NCBI GenBank assembly: GCA_047150005.1
Contig: AP038806.1
Location: 2,016,001 to 2,080,000 of the forward strand
Source: Nitrospira sp.
GTDB taxonomy: Bacteria; Nitrospirota; Nitrospiria; Nitrospirales; Nitrospiraceae
DNA length: 64,000 bases
Direction of reading: 5' to 3'
Below the pieces are notes generated by a model, which made no database searches, was not told the origin of the DNA, and worked only from the letters and a program-made list of their open reading frames with translations. Both the position numbers and the translations under genes were made by a program. How positions within the stretch are numbered: position 1 is the first letter of the stretch; each line of letters begins with the position of its first letter. Positions 40,367 to 48,857 of this stretch are shown here, piece after piece.

Positions 40367-41611
40367 ATGGTAGAAGCGCAAGAGACGGTCGTCCTCAAGG
40401 GCCACATCATCGATTCGCTGATTCTGGCGAAAGTGCTGGACACCATTCTCATGATGGGCGGCACGTTCGATCTGCGCGAGGTGTCGATTGGAACAACCAG
40501 ACAGGAACCTTCCCTCGCGCGCATTCTCGTGCGGGCCTCGTCCCCCCCACTGCTGACCGACATTCTCCGGGCGATCCAACCCCATGGTGCGGCGGTCGAG
40601 CGCGAGTCGGATTGCCGCTATGAAGCCGCTCCGGCCGACGGGGTCTTTCCCGAGGACTTCTATGCGACGACGCACCTGCCCACGCAAGTACGGCTGGAGG
40701 GGCGATGGCTCGACGTCGAGCGGATCGAAATGGACCTCGGCATCCTTGTAGACCTGGAGTCGCGGGGAGCACATGCGATCCCCATGGGTGAGGTGAAACG
40801 GGGTGAGCTGGTCGTCTGCGGCCGGTCGGGTGTCCGTGTGAGCCCACTCCAGCGTCCGCAAGAGCACGATGTCTTCAGCTTCATGGAGTCTCAGGTTTCG
40901 GCGGAGCGGCCGCACGGCCATATCATCGCCGATGTGGCCACACGCATGAAGGTCCTGCGTGACCGCCACCGCGCAGGGCTTCCGGACGCCAAGGTCCTGC
41001 TGGCCGGAGGGCCGGCCATCATTCATGCGGGAGGGCGGGAGGCCTTGACGTGGCTGGTCGAGGCGGGCTTCATCCAGGTTCTGTTCTGCGGCAACGCCTT
41101 GGCGGCACACGACATGGAGGCGGACCTGTACGGCACGTCCTTGGGCTACGGTCTGTCGGCTGGCCGAGTCGTTCCGCACGGGCATGAGCATCATTTGCGG
41201 ACGATCAACCGTATCCGTGCGATCGGCAGCATCGCCGCCGCCGTGGAGCGCGGGACGATCAAGCAGGGGATCATGGCGGCCTGCGTGCATCACGGTGTCC
41301 GGATCGTGATGGCCGGTACGATTCGCGATGATGGACCATTGCCCGGGGTCATCACGGACTCGGTCCTCGCGCAGGCGGCCATGCGGGCGGCGATTCCCGG
41401 GGTCGGCCTGGCGCTGCTCATCGCATCCACACTCCATTCGGTCGCCACCGGCAACCTGCTGCCGGCCACGGTTCCAACGGTGTGCGTCGACGTGAATCCG
41501 GCGGTTCCCACCAAGTTGGCCGATCGAGGGAGTTTTCAAGCGGTCGGATTGGTCATGGACGCGGCCTCGTTTCTGCGTGAACTCTCGCGCGCATTGGGAG
41601 CGACGCTGTGA
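40367..41611 (+). CDS. TIGR00300/LOR-SDH-like protein, ornithine cyclodeaminase-like (C-terminal part of ArgZ/AgrE)
   Basis: GHIIDS, APADGVFPEDFY, IEMD, FSFM...VSAE, GPAIIH, GNALAAHD, GHEHHLRTIN, IRDDGPLP, LHSVATGN, KLADRGS. Confidence 0.88.
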   Translation: MVEAQETVVLKGHIIDSLILAKVLDTILMMGGTFDLREVSIGTTRQEPSLARILVRASSPPLLTDILRAIQPHGAAVERESDCRYEAAPADGVFPEDFYATTHLPTQVRLEGRWLDVERIEMDLGILVDLESRGAHAIPMGEVKRGELVVCGRSGVRVSPLQRPQEHDVFSFMESQVSAERPHGHIIADVATRMKVLRDRHRAGLPDAKVLLAGGPAIIHAGGREALTWLVEAGFIQVLFCGNALAAHDMEADLYGTSLGYGLSAGRVVPHGHEHHLRTINRIRAIGSIAAAVERGTIKQGIMAACVHHGVRIVMAGTIRDDGPLPGVITDSVLAQAAMRAAIPGVGLALLIASTLHSVATGNLLPATVPTVCVDVNPAVPTKLADRGSFQAVGLVMDAASFLRELSRALGATL

Positions 41612-41731
41612 GTTGAGGAGGGCGCGGCGGTCAGCCAAGCCGGCGACGAGTCGACGCTGTTCCCATGGTCAACCGAACTAAGATTGCCGCATGAGGAACG
41701 ACGTCAACCGTGATCCGCGCGGAGGCGGGAC

Positions 41732-42532
41732 ATGAGTCGGCTGTTGGTCTGTCCTCCGGACTATTTCGCGGTGGATTATGAGATCAATCCGTGGATGCAC
41801 CGGTCCAACGTCGTCAACAGAGAGCGGGCGGTCGCGCAGTGGCATCGTCTCGTCCGGGTGTTGGAAGAGGAGTTGGGCGTGACGCTGGAACGGATGAAGC
41901 CGGTCCCGGGTCTGCCGGATCTGGTCTTCACCGCCAATGCCGGTGTGGTGTTCGGCGGCAAGGCGGTTCCGAGCCGGTTTCGGTATCCGGAGCGGCGGCG
42001 AGAGGAAACCTACTTCGACGCGTGGTTTCGCGAACAGGGTTATGAGGTCACGAACCTGGATGAAGGCCTGTACTTTGAAGGGGCCGGGGATCTCTTGGGT
42101 TTTTCCGACGGGTGGTTCGGAGGCTACCGGCAGCGATCGGACATCCGCGCCTTTTCGATTCTTGGCGAGATCTTTGGAAAGGAAATTCTCCCGGTCGAAT
42201 TGGTGGACGGCCGGTTCTATCACTTGGACACCTGCTTCTGCCCGCTCAGCGGAGGGGAATTGCTCTACTATCCTCTCGCGTTCGATGACTACGGCCGGGC
42301 GGCGATTGTCGAACGACTGGATGCGCGGCGGCGGCTTGAGGTGCCGGAGGAAGAGGCGCTCAAGTTTGCCTGCAATGCCGTGTGCATCGGCCGACACGTC
42401 GTGCTGCCGGAGGGTTGTCCCAAGACCATGACCCTCCTGGAGTCTCACGGCTACCGCCCGTATCCTCTCCCGTTGGACGAATTCATGAAGTCCGGCGGCT
42501 CCGCCAAGTGCCTGACCTTGGCGCTCTCATGA
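41732..42532 (+). CDS. amidinotransferase-fold enzyme, arginine dihydrolase/DDAH-like (N-terminal part of ArgZ/AgrE)
   Basis: YEINPWM, PDLVFTANAG, EGAGD, FYHLDTCFCPL, GGSAKCLTL. Confidence 0.88.
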   Translation: MSRLLVCPPDYFAVDYEINPWMHRSNVVNRERAVAQWHRLVRVLEEELGVTLERMKPVPGLPDLVFTANAGVVFGGKAVPSRFRYPERRREETYFDAWFREQGYEVTNLDEGLYFEGAGDLLGFSDGWFGGYRQRSDIRAFSILGEIFGKEILPVELVDGRFYHLDTCFCPLSGGELLYYPLAFDDYGRAAIVERLDARRRLEVPEEEALKFACNAVCIGRHVVLPEGCPKTMTLLESHGYRPYPLPLDEFMKSGGSAKCLTLALS

Positions 42533-42546
42533 TCCTTAAAAGGCCG

Positions 42547-42601
42547 TGGGCTGCGTGCTCGCATCGCTCAATACCTGCGGCGTACGGTAAAGAGTACGCC
42601 T
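42547..42601. repeat. REP/MITE-like repeat, partial copy 2
   Basis: TGGGCTGCGTGCTCGCATCGCTCAATACC...CGTAC...GTACG aligns by eye with 35519-35572. Confidence 0.7.
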
Positions 42602-42968
42602 ATTTCTTCCTGAACAGAAACGCGCCGTAGAGACCGGCGATGGCGATCGTGACGAGTTCGATCGTCAACAGTAGGCGGCTGATGATGGCGTCGGGAGCCG
42701 GAGGGGCAAGAACAAACCGGAGTCCCAGGAATTCCGGTTCCTGCGAGGAAGGGGTTTCCCAGGGGGGAAAGACTATCGCCAGAATGAGCGCCCCCACCAT
42801 GCCGTACAGGGCGTGATGATTCAAGGATTCCGGTTCGTCCCGTGGAGCGGAGGTCCCGGTCTCGGGCGGCTGATCCTGGAAGGAATAGGCGTCCAGACGC
42901 TGGCCGCACTCCGTGCAATACCGATTCAGCTCCGGGAGTTCTCGACGGCAGGATGGACAGGTTTTCAT
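42600..42968 (-). CDS. zinc-ribbon membrane protein
   Basis: CPSC...CTEC and two TM helices. Confidence 0.78.
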   Translation of the reverse strand: MKTCPSCRRELPELNRYCTECGQRLDAYSFQDQPPETGTSAPRDEPESLNHHALYGMVGALILAIVFPPWETPSSQEPEFLGLRFVLAPPAPDAIISRLLLTIELVTIAIAGLYGAFLFRKK

Positions 42969-43041
42969 AGGCGATTGCCGTGGGAGGCTACACGGAATCG
43001 CGGCGATTTACTAGATGGCAGGGTCTCGGAAACGTCCTCCG

Positions 43042-43767
43042 TCAGAAATGAAAGCTGACGCCGAGGCTGAGGTTCAGCGCCCCATAGTTTGCCTTGAATG
43101 CGAACGGATCCGCGGCAGGATTGTTGTCGTTCGATGAGTAGTTCATTCTGGCCCAGTGATATTGTGCCTCTCCGAAGAGCGCCCATCGGCGAGTGAAGTA
43201 ATAGCGGACGCCTCCCTCCACGTTCACGCCAATATTCGTTGCCGATTGTCCGGGAGGAGCGGTCGGACCGGTCAGTTGTCCGAAGAACAGCGCCGGCCCC
43301 ACGCCCACGTAGGGCTGAAACCGGTATTTTGGGTATCGGAGCATGAGGGTTGCAATATCCCAGATGATCATGCGCTGATAGACGCCGGCAAATGTTCCGA
43401 GGTTAGCTGTCCCGCCGGGCCCACTGAGCGTCAGTGATCCCTGCTTGATGTGGGGATTGGCAAAGGATACACCGGTTTCGATACCGATCCAGCGTGCCTT
43501 CGAAAAATAGTGGCCCAGTTTGGCGCCCAGCATAATGGAGTTCTTCAGCGCTTGGTCGGAATCGATGGTGAGGCCTCCGAAGCCATTCTGTGTGACCTCT
43601 CCGTTACTGAGCGGTTGCGGGAACGTCATGCCGACCTGGCCGCCGACGTAGGTCTCCGCCCGCAAGGACGTGACCAGTGCGAACGTGCAGCCCAAGATTG
43701 TCGCCAACGCGATCGGCCAACCGCCCAGTCGTGTGATGCTCATATGCCGGTTCCTCACTGGTTTCAT
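43042..43767 (-). CDS. outer-membrane beta-barrel protein
   Basis: Signal peptide, QPYVGVG, C-terminal LGVSFHF beta-signal. Confidence 0.85.
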   Translation of the reverse strand: MKPVRNRHMSITRLGGWPIALATILGCTFALVTSLRAETYVGGQVGMTFPQPLSNGEVTQNGFGGLTIDSDQALKNSIMLGAKLGHYFSKARWIGIETGVSFANPHIKQGSLTLSGPGGTANLGTFAGVYQRMIIWDIATLMLRYPKYRFQPYVGVGPALFFGQLTGPTAPPGQSATNIGVNVEGGVRYYFTRRWALFGEAQYHWARMNYSSNDNNPAADPFAFKANYGALNLSLGVSFHF

Positions 43768-43836
43768 GTGGCTCTGGCTATCCTATCGGTCCATCGGATT
43801 CCTGCGAAGATAATTGTGAAATCCAGGCGAGGGTGA

Positions 43837-43851
43837 GCAAGCCATATGCCA
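43837..43851 (-). promoter_or_regulatory. sigma54 -24/-12 promoter
   Basis: TGGCATATGGCTTGC on the minus strand, 70 nt upstream of the OMP gene. Confidence 0.65.
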
Positions 43852-43956
43852 TCGGACAGGGAGCCAACGGCCTGAATATTCGATGATCGATCTGTCTCGT
43901 TCGCGCACACTGTCCGTTTGACCAGTCGAACGGTACGGCTTGTGAACACTCGTCGG

Positions 43957-43986
43957 TTGACAGTGAAAAGATCGGATTTCTATAAT
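43957..43986 (+). promoter_or_regulatory. consensus sigma70 promoter for gpsA-larB
   Basis: TTGACA-N18-TATAAT. Confidence 0.8.
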
Positions 43987-44056
43987 CGACCTCCACCAGA
44001 GCGCGGCTGCCCGTCACCAGTGCGGGGCAGACCTCCGACCTAGAAATCTAACCACC

Positions 44057-45073
44057 ATGCCCATCACGCGTATCGGAGTCGTCGGTGCCGGAGCCTGGGG
44101 AACTGCCCTCGCCAAGCATTTGGCCGAAAAGGGTCTTCTCGTGCGACTCTGGGCCTATGAACGGGAGGTCGTCGACTCGATTCATACGTCGCATGAAAAC
44201 CGGCTCTTTCTTCCCGGTGTGGCCTTGCCGCGGTCGCTGGTGGCCACCAACATTCTGGGAGAGGCGGTGCAGGATTGTGACGGACTCCTGTTCGTCGTTC
44301 CATCGCACGTCGCCCGGTCCGTGTTACGCGAGATGGCTCCGCTCATCTCCACGGAGCTTCCGATCATCAGTGCGACCAAAGGGGTGGAGGAGGATTCGCT
44401 TCAGTTGATGTCGCAGATCATGGACGACGTGCTCCCGCGGCCCATACGCGACCGAATCCTCGTGCTGTCGGGACCGAGTTTTGCCGCGGAGGTCAGCCGG
44501 GGCCAGCCGACTGCGCTCTGCTTGGCCGGCCGCGACGGTGAATTGGTTGCCGCCCTTCAGGAGGCCTGCATGACGTCGGCGCTGCGGATCTATGCCGACA
44601 GCGATCTTATCGGCGTCCAATTGGGCGGCGCCCTCAAGAATGTCATGGCGCTTGCCGCGGGAGTGGTCGATGGCCTCGGTCTCGGCCACAACACGCGTGC
44701 GGCCCTGATCACCAGAGGTCTTGCGGAGATGGTTCGCCTGGGCACGGCCATGGGCGCGGACCCCAGAACGTTCTACGGCCTGTCCGGTGTCGGGGATCTG
44801 GTGTTGACCTGTACCGGGACCTTAAGCCGCAACCATACGGTCGGGGTCCGGTTGGGGAGCGGTGAAAAACTTGAGACGGTGCTGAGCGGTATGCAGGCCG
44901 TGGCCGAAGGGGTTCGGACCGCGAGAGCCGCTTTGGGACTCGCCCGCCGGGCGAGGGTGGAAATGCCCATCGTGCAGGAAATCAACGCGGTGCTATTCGA
45001 GGGAAAATCCTGCCGCCGGGCCGTCACCGATCTGATGGAGCGCGGGGCGAAGGCAGAGAAGGGCGCCGCATGA
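44057..45073 (+). CDS. gpsA: NAD(P)H-dependent glycerol-3-phosphate dehydrogenase
   Basis: GAGAWGTA, SGPSFA, GGALKNV, GDLVLTC, SRN, AEG. Confidence 0.96.
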   Translation: MPITRIGVVGAGAWGTALAKHLAEKGLLVRLWAYEREVVDSIHTSHENRLFLPGVALPRSLVATNILGEAVQDCDGLLFVVPSHVARSVLREMAPLISTELPIISATKGVEEDSLQLMSQIMDDVLPRPIRDRILVLSGPSFAAEVSRGQPTALCLAGRDGELVAALQEACMTSALRIYADSDLIGVQLGGALKNVMALAAGVVDGLGLGHNTRAALITRGLAEMVRLGTAMGADPRTFYGLSGVGDLVLTCTGTLSRNHTVGVRLGSGEKLETVLSGMQAVAEGVRTARAALGLARRARVEMPIVQEINAVLFEGKSCRRAVTDLMERGAKAEKGAA

Positions 45074-45843
45074 ACCGGCAACGCCTGGAACAGATGTTGG
45101 ATCGCGTGCGCCTCGGTAGGTTGTCCGTCAGTCAGGCCGTGGACCAGCTTCGGTCCTTGCCCTTCGAAGATTTGGGCTTTGCGTCACTCGACCATCATCG
45201 CGCGATCCGGCAAGGATTCCCCGAGGTCGTACTCTGCGAGGGAAAGACGCCGGCTCAGGTGCGCAGCATCGCCAAATCGCTGCTCGCCCATCACCGGCCG
45301 TTCTTGGCGACACGGGCGACGCCTGAAGTCGCGGCGGTCATTACCAGGCTCCACCGTCGGGCGGTCTACCACAAGGACGCCCGTGTCGTCGCCCTGCGCG
45401 ATCCCGGCCGGCGGCCCGTGGGGCTGGTGCTCGTCGTGACCGCCGGGACGTCGGATGTTCCGGTCGCCGAGGAGGCTAAGATCACGGCGGAAACCATGGG
45501 AAGCCGGGTTGAGACCCTCTATGATGTCGGTGTCGCCGGCATTCACCGGTTGCTGGATCGCCGCAGCCGGTTGCTGTCGGCGAGGGTGATTGTGGTGATT
45601 GCCGGCATGGACGGCGTGCTTCCGAGCGTCGTGGGCGGACTCGTGTCCTGCCCGGTCGTGGCGGTACCGTCCAGTCGCGGTTATGGGGCGAGTTTCGGGG
45701 GAGTGGCGGCGCTTCTCACAATGCTGAATTCCTGTGCGGCAGGCGTCGGGGTGATGAACATCGACAACGGATTCGGCGCCGGATGCCTGGCGCACCGGAT
45801 CAACATCATGGGTGAAGCGTCGTTCGTGAAGCGTCGTTCGTAA
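45070..45843 (+). CDS. larB: nickel-pincer cofactor biosynthesis carboxylase/hydrolase
   Basis: DHHR..RQGFPE, AGTSDVPVAEEA, DVGVAGIHRL, AGMDGVLPSV, NIDNGFGA. Confidence 0.93.
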   Translation: MNRQRLEQMLDRVRLGRLSVSQAVDQLRSLPFEDLGFASLDHHRAIRQGFPEVVLCEGKTPAQVRSIAKSLLAHHRPFLATRATPEVAAVITRLHRRAVYHKDARVVALRDPGRRPVGLVLVVTAGTSDVPVAEEAKITAETMGSRVETLYDVGVAGIHRLLDRRSRLLSARVIVVIAGMDGVLPSVVGGLVSCPVVAVPSSRGYGASFGGVAALLTMLNSCAAGVGVMNIDNGFGAGCLAHRINIMGEASFVKRRS

Positions 45844-45881
45844 GTCCGGTGCGAGATACGAGCGACGAACGACGAGATACG
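45812..45881. repeat. heptamer-built inverted repeat (CGAGATA/CGAACGA family), copy 2
   Basis: (GTGAAGC GTCGTTC)x2 ... CGAGATA CGAGCGA CGAACGA CGAGATA; the left arm encodes the LarB C-terminus. Confidence 0.8.
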
Positions 45882-45885
45882 GGCG

Positions 45886-46440
45886 TTACTTCACTTCAAC
45901 CGTTCCCCGCTTCGGCCAAGATACCATGAGTGTTCTCGGCCCCTTCTCGCCGTTGGCCAGGAGCTTGGCCCGCATTTCGTAATGATACAGGCCCGCGCCG
46001 GCCGGCATTTTCTGGTGGTCCATTCCGTCCCACGTCAAGACGATGGGAAGCCGTGGAAACTCCGTGGGGGTGGCCGCGGGAATGTCATGATCATCGAGCG
46101 GCTTGCGCGTCGAGAGGAAGCGGATCGATGTCTTGGACGGAGATGTGACCAGCGACGAGACCTCGAGCAGGGTCGCGCCGTCCAAGTCTTTTGGAAGCTG
46201 CACCACGGCGGAGAATTCCAGCCGGCCGGCCGCCACGCTGTACGGGGTCGGGCTGATCTTGAACTCCAGAATTTTCAGATCCGGTTCCGGTCGCGGCGCG
46301 CGTGGAGACTTTGATTTTGCGAGAGCCGGTCCCGGCATGAGAAACAGGACGGCCAAAGAAACGCAGAGCCAGCCAGGGACCTCACGGCGGCGTGCGCCGT
46401 TCTTCGTAGTCTTGTCAGTGGAAGGAAACGAACACAACAT
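45886..46440 (-). CDS. secreted Ig-like protein (FlgD-Ig-like)
   Basis: Signal peptide; LTWDG...G.YHY motif; start uncertain. Confidence 0.7.
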   Translation of the reverse strand: MLCSFPSTDKTTKNGARRREVPGWLCVSLAVLFLMPGPALAKSKSPRAPRPEPDLKILEFKISPTPYSVAAGRLEFSAVVQLPKDLDGATLLEVSSLVTSPSKTSIRFLSTRKPLDDHDIPAATPTEFPRLPIVLTWDGMDHQKMPAGAGLYHYEMRAKLLANGEKGPRTLMVSWPKRGTVEVK

Positions 46441-46529
46441 GCGGCTGTCTGACGGCTCACAGATTGGCGCGGGGCGGATGACCCGCGTCCGTGGGATAGC
46501 ACAGCTTCCGATACCTGTCAATGCACGCA

Positions 46530-46558
46530 TTGCCGTTCCGGACGGCCTTGGGTAAGAT
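46530..46558 (+). promoter_or_regulatory. sigma70-type promoter for larC
   Basis: TTGCCG-N17-TAAGAT. Confidence 0.55.
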
Positions 46559-46595
46559 GGCGCGCTTCTTTTCGCCGTGCCATGTGAGGTAAACG

Positions 46596-47798
46596 ATGGG
46601 CGCGCATCTTCATTTCGATTGTTTTTCAGGAATCAGCGGCGACATGACGCTGGGTGCGCTGGTGGACGTCGGAGTGCCGTTCGACGATCTGGTGCGGGGT
46701 CTCAAGCGTCTCGGCGTCTCCGGCTTTCGATTGCGCCGCCGCCGCGTGCGGCGGGCCGCACTCCATGCGACGAAAATCGACGTGGTGCTTCGCGCGGGGT
46801 TGCGGGCGCCCTTGTCCCTGAAACAGATCCACGCAGTCCTCTCGAGGAGCCGACTGTCCCCGCAGGTCAAGCTCCGGAGCCGGACGGTGTTTGACCGATT
46901 GGCCGAGGCCGAAAGCCGAGCACATCGTGTTCCGAAGGGCCACGTGCACTTCCATGAAGTCTCCGTGTTGGACTCCTTCGTGGACATCGTCGGCAGCCTG
47001 ATCGGGTGTGAAATCTTGGACGTATCCCGAGTGACGGCGTCGGCGGTCAACGTCGGGGGTGGCACCCTGCAATCGGCTCACGGGACATTGCCGGCGCCCG
47101 GACCGGCGGTGGCGATTCTCGCGACGGGTATGCCGATCTACAGCGCTGGTCCTCCCCGGGAGTTGGCGACCCCGACCGGTGTCGCGCTCCTGCGGAGTCT
47201 CACGACCGAGTTCGGTCCCATGCCGCTTCTCTCGCCCGGTGCAATCGGCTATGGAGCGGGTGATGCCAATCCCGCGGATTGGCCCAACGTGCTGCGGGTG
47301 TTTCTCTCCTCGGCGAAGGCCGGGCCGGGCCGCGAACAGGATCGGGTCGTGCACATCGAAACCAATCTGGACGACGTGAACCCGCAAACGTATGAACATA
47401 TCGTGGAGCGGCTCTTTCAACGGCACGCGCTCGACGTCACGCTGACCCCCGTCATCATGAAGCGCGGAAGACCGGGGATCGTGCTCGCGGCCCTTGCCGC
47501 TCCCGAGCGCGCACAGGCCCTCCTGGACGTGTTGTTCGAGGAGACCACCGCCCTGGGTGTCCGAGTGCAGGAGGTCGTGAGACAGGTCCTGCCTCGCCGA
47601 TTCGTGACGGTACGACTTCCCGGAGGGTCGGTTCGGATCAAGGTTGCGGATCTCGATCGAGAACATACGAAGGCCTCTCCCGAGTACCTCGACTGCAAAC
47701 GAATCGCCGAACGGACGGGGCGTCCGGTGAAGGCCGTCATGGAGGAGGCCGCGGTGTCCTATCGTCGAGGCCGTGCGGACAAGAAGGACCGCGCGTGA
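46596..47798 (+). CDS. larC: nickel insertase (C1 and C2 parts in one frame)
   Basis: DCFSGISGDM, HFHEV, PAP, ELATPTG, ETNLDD, MKRGRPG, PEYLDC. Confidence 0.93.
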   Translation: MGAHLHFDCFSGISGDMTLGALVDVGVPFDDLVRGLKRLGVSGFRLRRRRVRRAALHATKIDVVLRAGLRAPLSLKQIHAVLSRSRLSPQVKLRSRTVFDRLAEAESRAHRVPKGHVHFHEVSVLDSFVDIVGSLIGCEILDVSRVTASAVNVGGGTLQSAHGTLPAPGPAVAILATGMPIYSAGPPRELATPTGVALLRSLTTEFGPMPLLSPGAIGYGAGDANPADWPNVLRVFLSSAKAGPGREQDRVVHIETNLDDVNPQTYEHIVERLFQRHALDVTLTPVIMKRGRPGIVLAALAAPERAQALLDVLFEETTALGVRVQEVVRQVLPRRFVTVRLPGGSVRIKVADLDREHTKASPEYLDCKRIAERTGRPVKAVMEEAAVSYRRGRADKKDRA

Positions 47799-48802
47799 AT
47801 CTGCTGCTGTACGGTCTTCTGTTCGTGGCCTCGGTGATTGTGACGCTGGGCGCCTGCGCCCTGTTTACGAACGCCATTGAGTGGCTGGGGAAACGGCTCA
47901 ATCTGTCCGAGGGAGCCGTCGGAAGCGTCTTGGCCGCGATCGGCACCACGCTGCCGGAGACGTCCATTCCAATCGTCGCCATCTTTTTCGGTGCGACCCG
48001 CGAAGAAGCCGAAGTCGGCCTCGGCGCGATTCTTGGTGCTCCGTTCATGCTGAGCACGCTGGTGATTCCGATCCTGGCGATGCTGCTTGTGCTCTACGCC
48101 GGTCTCGGGAAACGAGGCGGCGCCTTCCGGCTGAATTATAGAGAGGTCTCCGTCGACCTGGCCTTTTTCGCGGCGGCGTATGTGGTGGCGCTCGGCTGTG
48201 TCTTCGCTCCGGCTTCCGTCCATATCGCGGCGGCGGTGGCCCTTATGGCCTGGTATCTCTACTACGTCAAACTGAAGTTCGCGGACACGGGTGACGCTGA
48301 AGAAGGGGAACTGGACGAACTGAGCGCGCTGTTCTTCGCCAGACGGGCGCACACTCCGTCCTACGGCCTGATCGTGCTGCAAGCCCTGGCCGGTTTGGGC
48401 GGCCTGGTGGTCGGCGCGCATATGTTCGTGACGGCGGCCGAATCCGCGGCCCAGTTCCTGTCGATTTCGCCGCTGATCCTGTCGCTGCTGATTGCGCCGC
48501 TGGCGACCGAATTGCCGGAGATGTCGAACAGCTTTCTGTGGCTCTACCAGAAGAAGGATCGCTTGGCGGTCGGAAACGTCACCGGTGCCATGGTGTTCCA
48601 AGGCACCATTCCGGTCTCCGTCGGATTGCTCGGCACTGAGTGGGCGCTTGCCTCCTCCGCGCGTCTGACGATGATGCTGGCCGTCGTCGCGACGCTGACA
48701 CTCTTGCTCCAGTCGGCCGTAGGGCGCCTCTGGCGGCCGTGGTTGATGAGCGCCTGCGCGCTCCTTTATATAGGGTATGCCATCTTTCTCTATGGCTTAT
48801 GA
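47795..48802 (+). CDS. Na+/Ca2+ exchanger family transporter
   Basis: Alpha repeats GTTLPE and ATELPE; about 10 TM segments. Confidence 0.88.
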   Translation: MNLLLYGLLFVASVIVTLGACALFTNAIEWLGKRLNLSEGAVGSVLAAIGTTLPETSIPIVAIFFGATREEAEVGLGAILGAPFMLSTLVIPILAMLLVLYAGLGKRGGAFRLNYREVSVDLAFFAAAYVVALGCVFAPASVHIAAAVALMAWYLYYVKLKFADTGDAEEGELDELSALFFARRAHTPSYGLIVLQALAGLGGLVVGAHMFVTAAESAAQFLSISPLILSLLIAPLATELPEMSNSFLWLYQKKDRLAVGNVTGAMVFQGTIPVSVGLLGTEWALASSARLTMMLAVVATLTLLLQSAVGRLWRPWLMSACALLYIGYAIFLYGL

Positions 48803-48857
48803 GAAGGTTAAGGCTGAGGTTTAGGCTCGACCACTTGCTGAAGATGCAGCCCCGACA

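Noticed and set aside
46596..47798. Programmed frameshift in larC
   Set aside because: C1 and C2 regions are already in one continuous frame
48805..48828. Hexamer run AGGTTA AGGCTG AGGTTT AGGCTC
   Set aside because: Possibly a remnant of another short-unit repeat family, but only one arm and one copy here
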